NCBI GenBank assembly: GCA_965214405.1 | Contig: OZ243956.1 | Span: 1,472,001 to 1,536,000, forward strand | Source: Trueperaceae bacterium | GTDB lineage: Bacteria > Deinococcota > Deinococci > Deinococcales > Trueperaceae | Length of the DNA stretch: 64,000 nt | Reading direction: 5' to 3' | Shown here: positions 61,943-64,000 of the stretch, one piece after another | Numbering within the stretch: position 1 is the stretch's first letter | Layout: every line of letters begins with the position of its first letter | Position numbers and translations under genes: made by a program | The notes under the pieces: model-generated | The model's input: the letters and a program-made list of their open reading frames with translations, nothing else | Database searches by the model: none | Told to the model about the DNA's origin: nothing

Positions 61943-63006
61943 GCAGCCCACCGCTCGAGGTTGGCCTCGTAAATCTCTCTCAAAATGCGCTCGATGTTGT
62001 ACTGCTGGTCCCACTCGGGGTAGTGAGATTCAAATTTGCCGTTGTCGCCAATCCACCAGAGGTGGTCGCCCCGCCGGTTTTGTTCGGAATAAGACCAGTC
62101 GAGCTTCCGTCCGGCGATGGCCTCAGATTGTTGGATAGCCTCCAACACCGAGGCGTTGGAAAAGCGCCCCCCGCCGATGTTGTAGACTTCCGCCACCCGC
62201 GGCTTTTTGAAAACTTCATGAAAGGCGCGAATCAGGTCGTCGCTGTGAATTGCGTCTCGGACTTGCTTACCCTTGTAACCGAAAACCGTGTAGGGCGTGC
62301 CCGACATGGTGCAGCGCATCACGTAGGCCAAAAAGCCGTGGAGCTGCGTGGCGGAGTGCTGCGGCCCGGTCAGGGTGCCGCCGCGAAAGCACGAGGTGTA
62401 CATATCGAAGTAGCGCCCGTACTCCTGGACCATCACGTCCGCCGCGACTTTTGACGCGCCGAAGAGGCTGTGAAGACACGTGTCAATCGACATGTCCTCG
62501 CTGATGCCGTCTCTGTAGGGGTGCGACGGGTCTATCTCATAGCGCGTTTCCTGCTCGATAAGCGGCAGGCTGTTGGGCGTGTCGCCGTAGACCTTGTTGG
62601 TCGAGGTAAAGATGAAGACGGCCTTGGGCGCGTGCTGCCGGGCGGCCTCCAACATATTGAGCGTCCCCACCGCGTTGATGTCGAAATCGGTAAAAGGCTC
62701 GCGCGCGGCCCAGTCATGCGAGGGTTGGGCGGCGGTGTGAATAACGAGCGCCACATCCCGACCATAATCTTCGAAAAGTTTGGCAATGCCCTCACGGTCA
62801 CGAATATCCAGACTGCAGTGTTGATACCCCTTGCCGATGTCGCCTTTGAGCTTGTCCACGTTCCACGCTGTCGAGGCCTCGTCGCCAAAAAACACGCGGC
62901 GCATGTCGTTGTCGATGCCGACCACGTCTAAGCCCTGCTCGCTAAAGTAGCGGCACGCCGCCGAGCCGATGAGTCCCGCTGATCCCGTAATGATGGCTAC
63001 ACTCAT
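61939..63006 (-). CDS. NAD-dependent nucleotide-sugar epimerase (CDP-paratose 2-epimerase-like SDR)
   Basis: [37 protein letters not shown]. Confidence 0.88.
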   Translation of the reverse strand: MSVAIITGSAGLIGSAACRYFSEQGLDVVGIDNDMRRVFFGDEASTAWNVDKLKGDIGKGYQHCSLDIRDREGIAKLFEDYGRDVALVIHTAAQPSHDWAAREPFTDFDINAVGTLNMLEAARQHAPKAVFIFTSTNKVYGDTPNSLPLIEQETRYEIDPSHPYRDGISEDMSIDTCLHSLFGASKVAADVMVQEYGRYFDMYTSCFRGGTLTGPQHSATQLHGFLAYVMRCTMSGTPYTVFGYKGKQVRDAIHSDDLIRAFHEVFKKPRVAEVYNIGGGRFSNASVLEAIQQSEAIAGRKLDWSYSEQNRRGDHLWWIGDNGKFESHYPEWDQQYNIERILREIYEANLERWAA

Positions 63007-63760
63007 AGTTCCTCTTTCATGGTCTTTTTATGGTTTTGATGTCGTCTGTCATGGTTGGTTAATCGTCGTTTGTCGTCTTGAGGCGTCGGCTCGAGTTCGC
63101 ATTCACTGGAGGTCATCCAGGTCATCCAGGTCATCCAAGGTCGTCGACCGTCGCCTCACCACAACCCTCGCCCGATGATAACCGTTTCCTATGCGCGTCA
63201 CGCCGCAACGTTCACATCAACCTTTCCGTCATCGGGTAGCAGCTTTACGGCTATGGCGACGCACGTCAAGACCGCTGTAGCAAAACTGCTCTATCAAAAC
63301 CGCCGACCGAGTAAAACCGAATAAAGCTGTGTGGGTCGGTTGGGACGAGCGCCTTTGTAACGTCCGGCGCGGCCTCATCGCCACCTTATTCTATGCCATA
63401 ACGCGGCGTGCGCTATGAGAGACTTAACGCTGACGCGAACCTCGCCCGGGAGGCGCGGACTTTAGAGACTTTTTGTGAAATTTTCCGCTCTCAGGTTGTT
63501 TTATCTCCCTTTCGTCTGTAGAGTTTCGTCTCTGGGGTAGTATGGTCGCGTGAGCATTCTTGCACAATGTCTACCGGGGGGCTGTGGTTAGCTCGAGCCC
63601 GACGAGAGGCGCACGCCCGTTATTTACATCATCCTATCCGGGGTGCTGTAGGGGTAAAAATCCTGGGGAGTGTGTTCACACTCGGGCGGCTGCAAGTAGA
63701 ATCGGGGGATTAGGCGTGTCAAAAAAGACGTCGGTAAAGATGTTAAGAAAGGATAATAAT

Positions 63761-64000
63761 ATGCAGAACTCTATCCGCGCAGTTTTCGTGTTAGTCGCTG
63801 TTTTGTTCACCGCCGGGTTCGCTCTGGCGCAAGGCGGCGCTGGCGAGGTCGTGAGCCTCACCTTGTTTAATGCCGATACCGATCAGCCTATCGGTGAACT
63901 CACCGACGGCATGACCCTCGACTTTAGCGCGTTAGGAACAGGAAACTTAAGCGTCGTGGCGATGACGAACCCCGCCCTAGTCGGGAGCGTGCGCTTTGCC
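63761..64000 (+). CDS. Secreted protein, 5' part only
   Basis: AAAGGA RBS; MQNSIRAVFVLVAVLFTAGFALA-QGGAGEVVSLTLFNADTDQPIGEL... open to the window end. Confidence 0.75.
   Translation, partial: MQNSIRAVFVLVAVLFTAGFALAQGGAGEVVSLTLFNADTDQPIGELTDGMTLDFSALGTGNLSVVAMTNPALVGSVRFA

Overview
GC-rich (roughly 60-65% by eye) bacterial chromosomal window, most consistent with Deinococcota (Truepera-like). That call is inferred from gene content, many apparently leaderless genes and a strongly iterated CTCGAG palindrome. Ordinary content: aldo/keto reductase, UbiD-family decarboxylase, two TA pairs plus an antitoxin remnant, Fur, an HD-GYP response regulator, tandem xylose- and ribose-type sugar ABC systems with catabolic enzymes, malQ, nucleoside ABC permeases, lutABC and the edge of a polysaccharide locus. 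The standout is a four-gene minus-strand operon (6567-18556) of secreted DUF11/Ig-like proteins. Their termini form split domains: two proteins begin with the last two strands of a DUF11 domain (with the isopeptide Asn), and three end in a DUF11 domain lacking exactly those strands. This predicts a head-to-tail, probably isopeptide-crosslinked filament with an outer-membrane anchor/pore, shaft, tip adhesin and a non-reactive cap/chaperone. Also found: a variant ykkC-family riboswitch ahead of a DMT transporter frameshifted by an 11-bp duplication, and pervasive 9-15 bp tandem micro-duplications. No rRNA, tRNA, CRISPR array or transposase was recognised. All family calls come from motif reading, not database searches.
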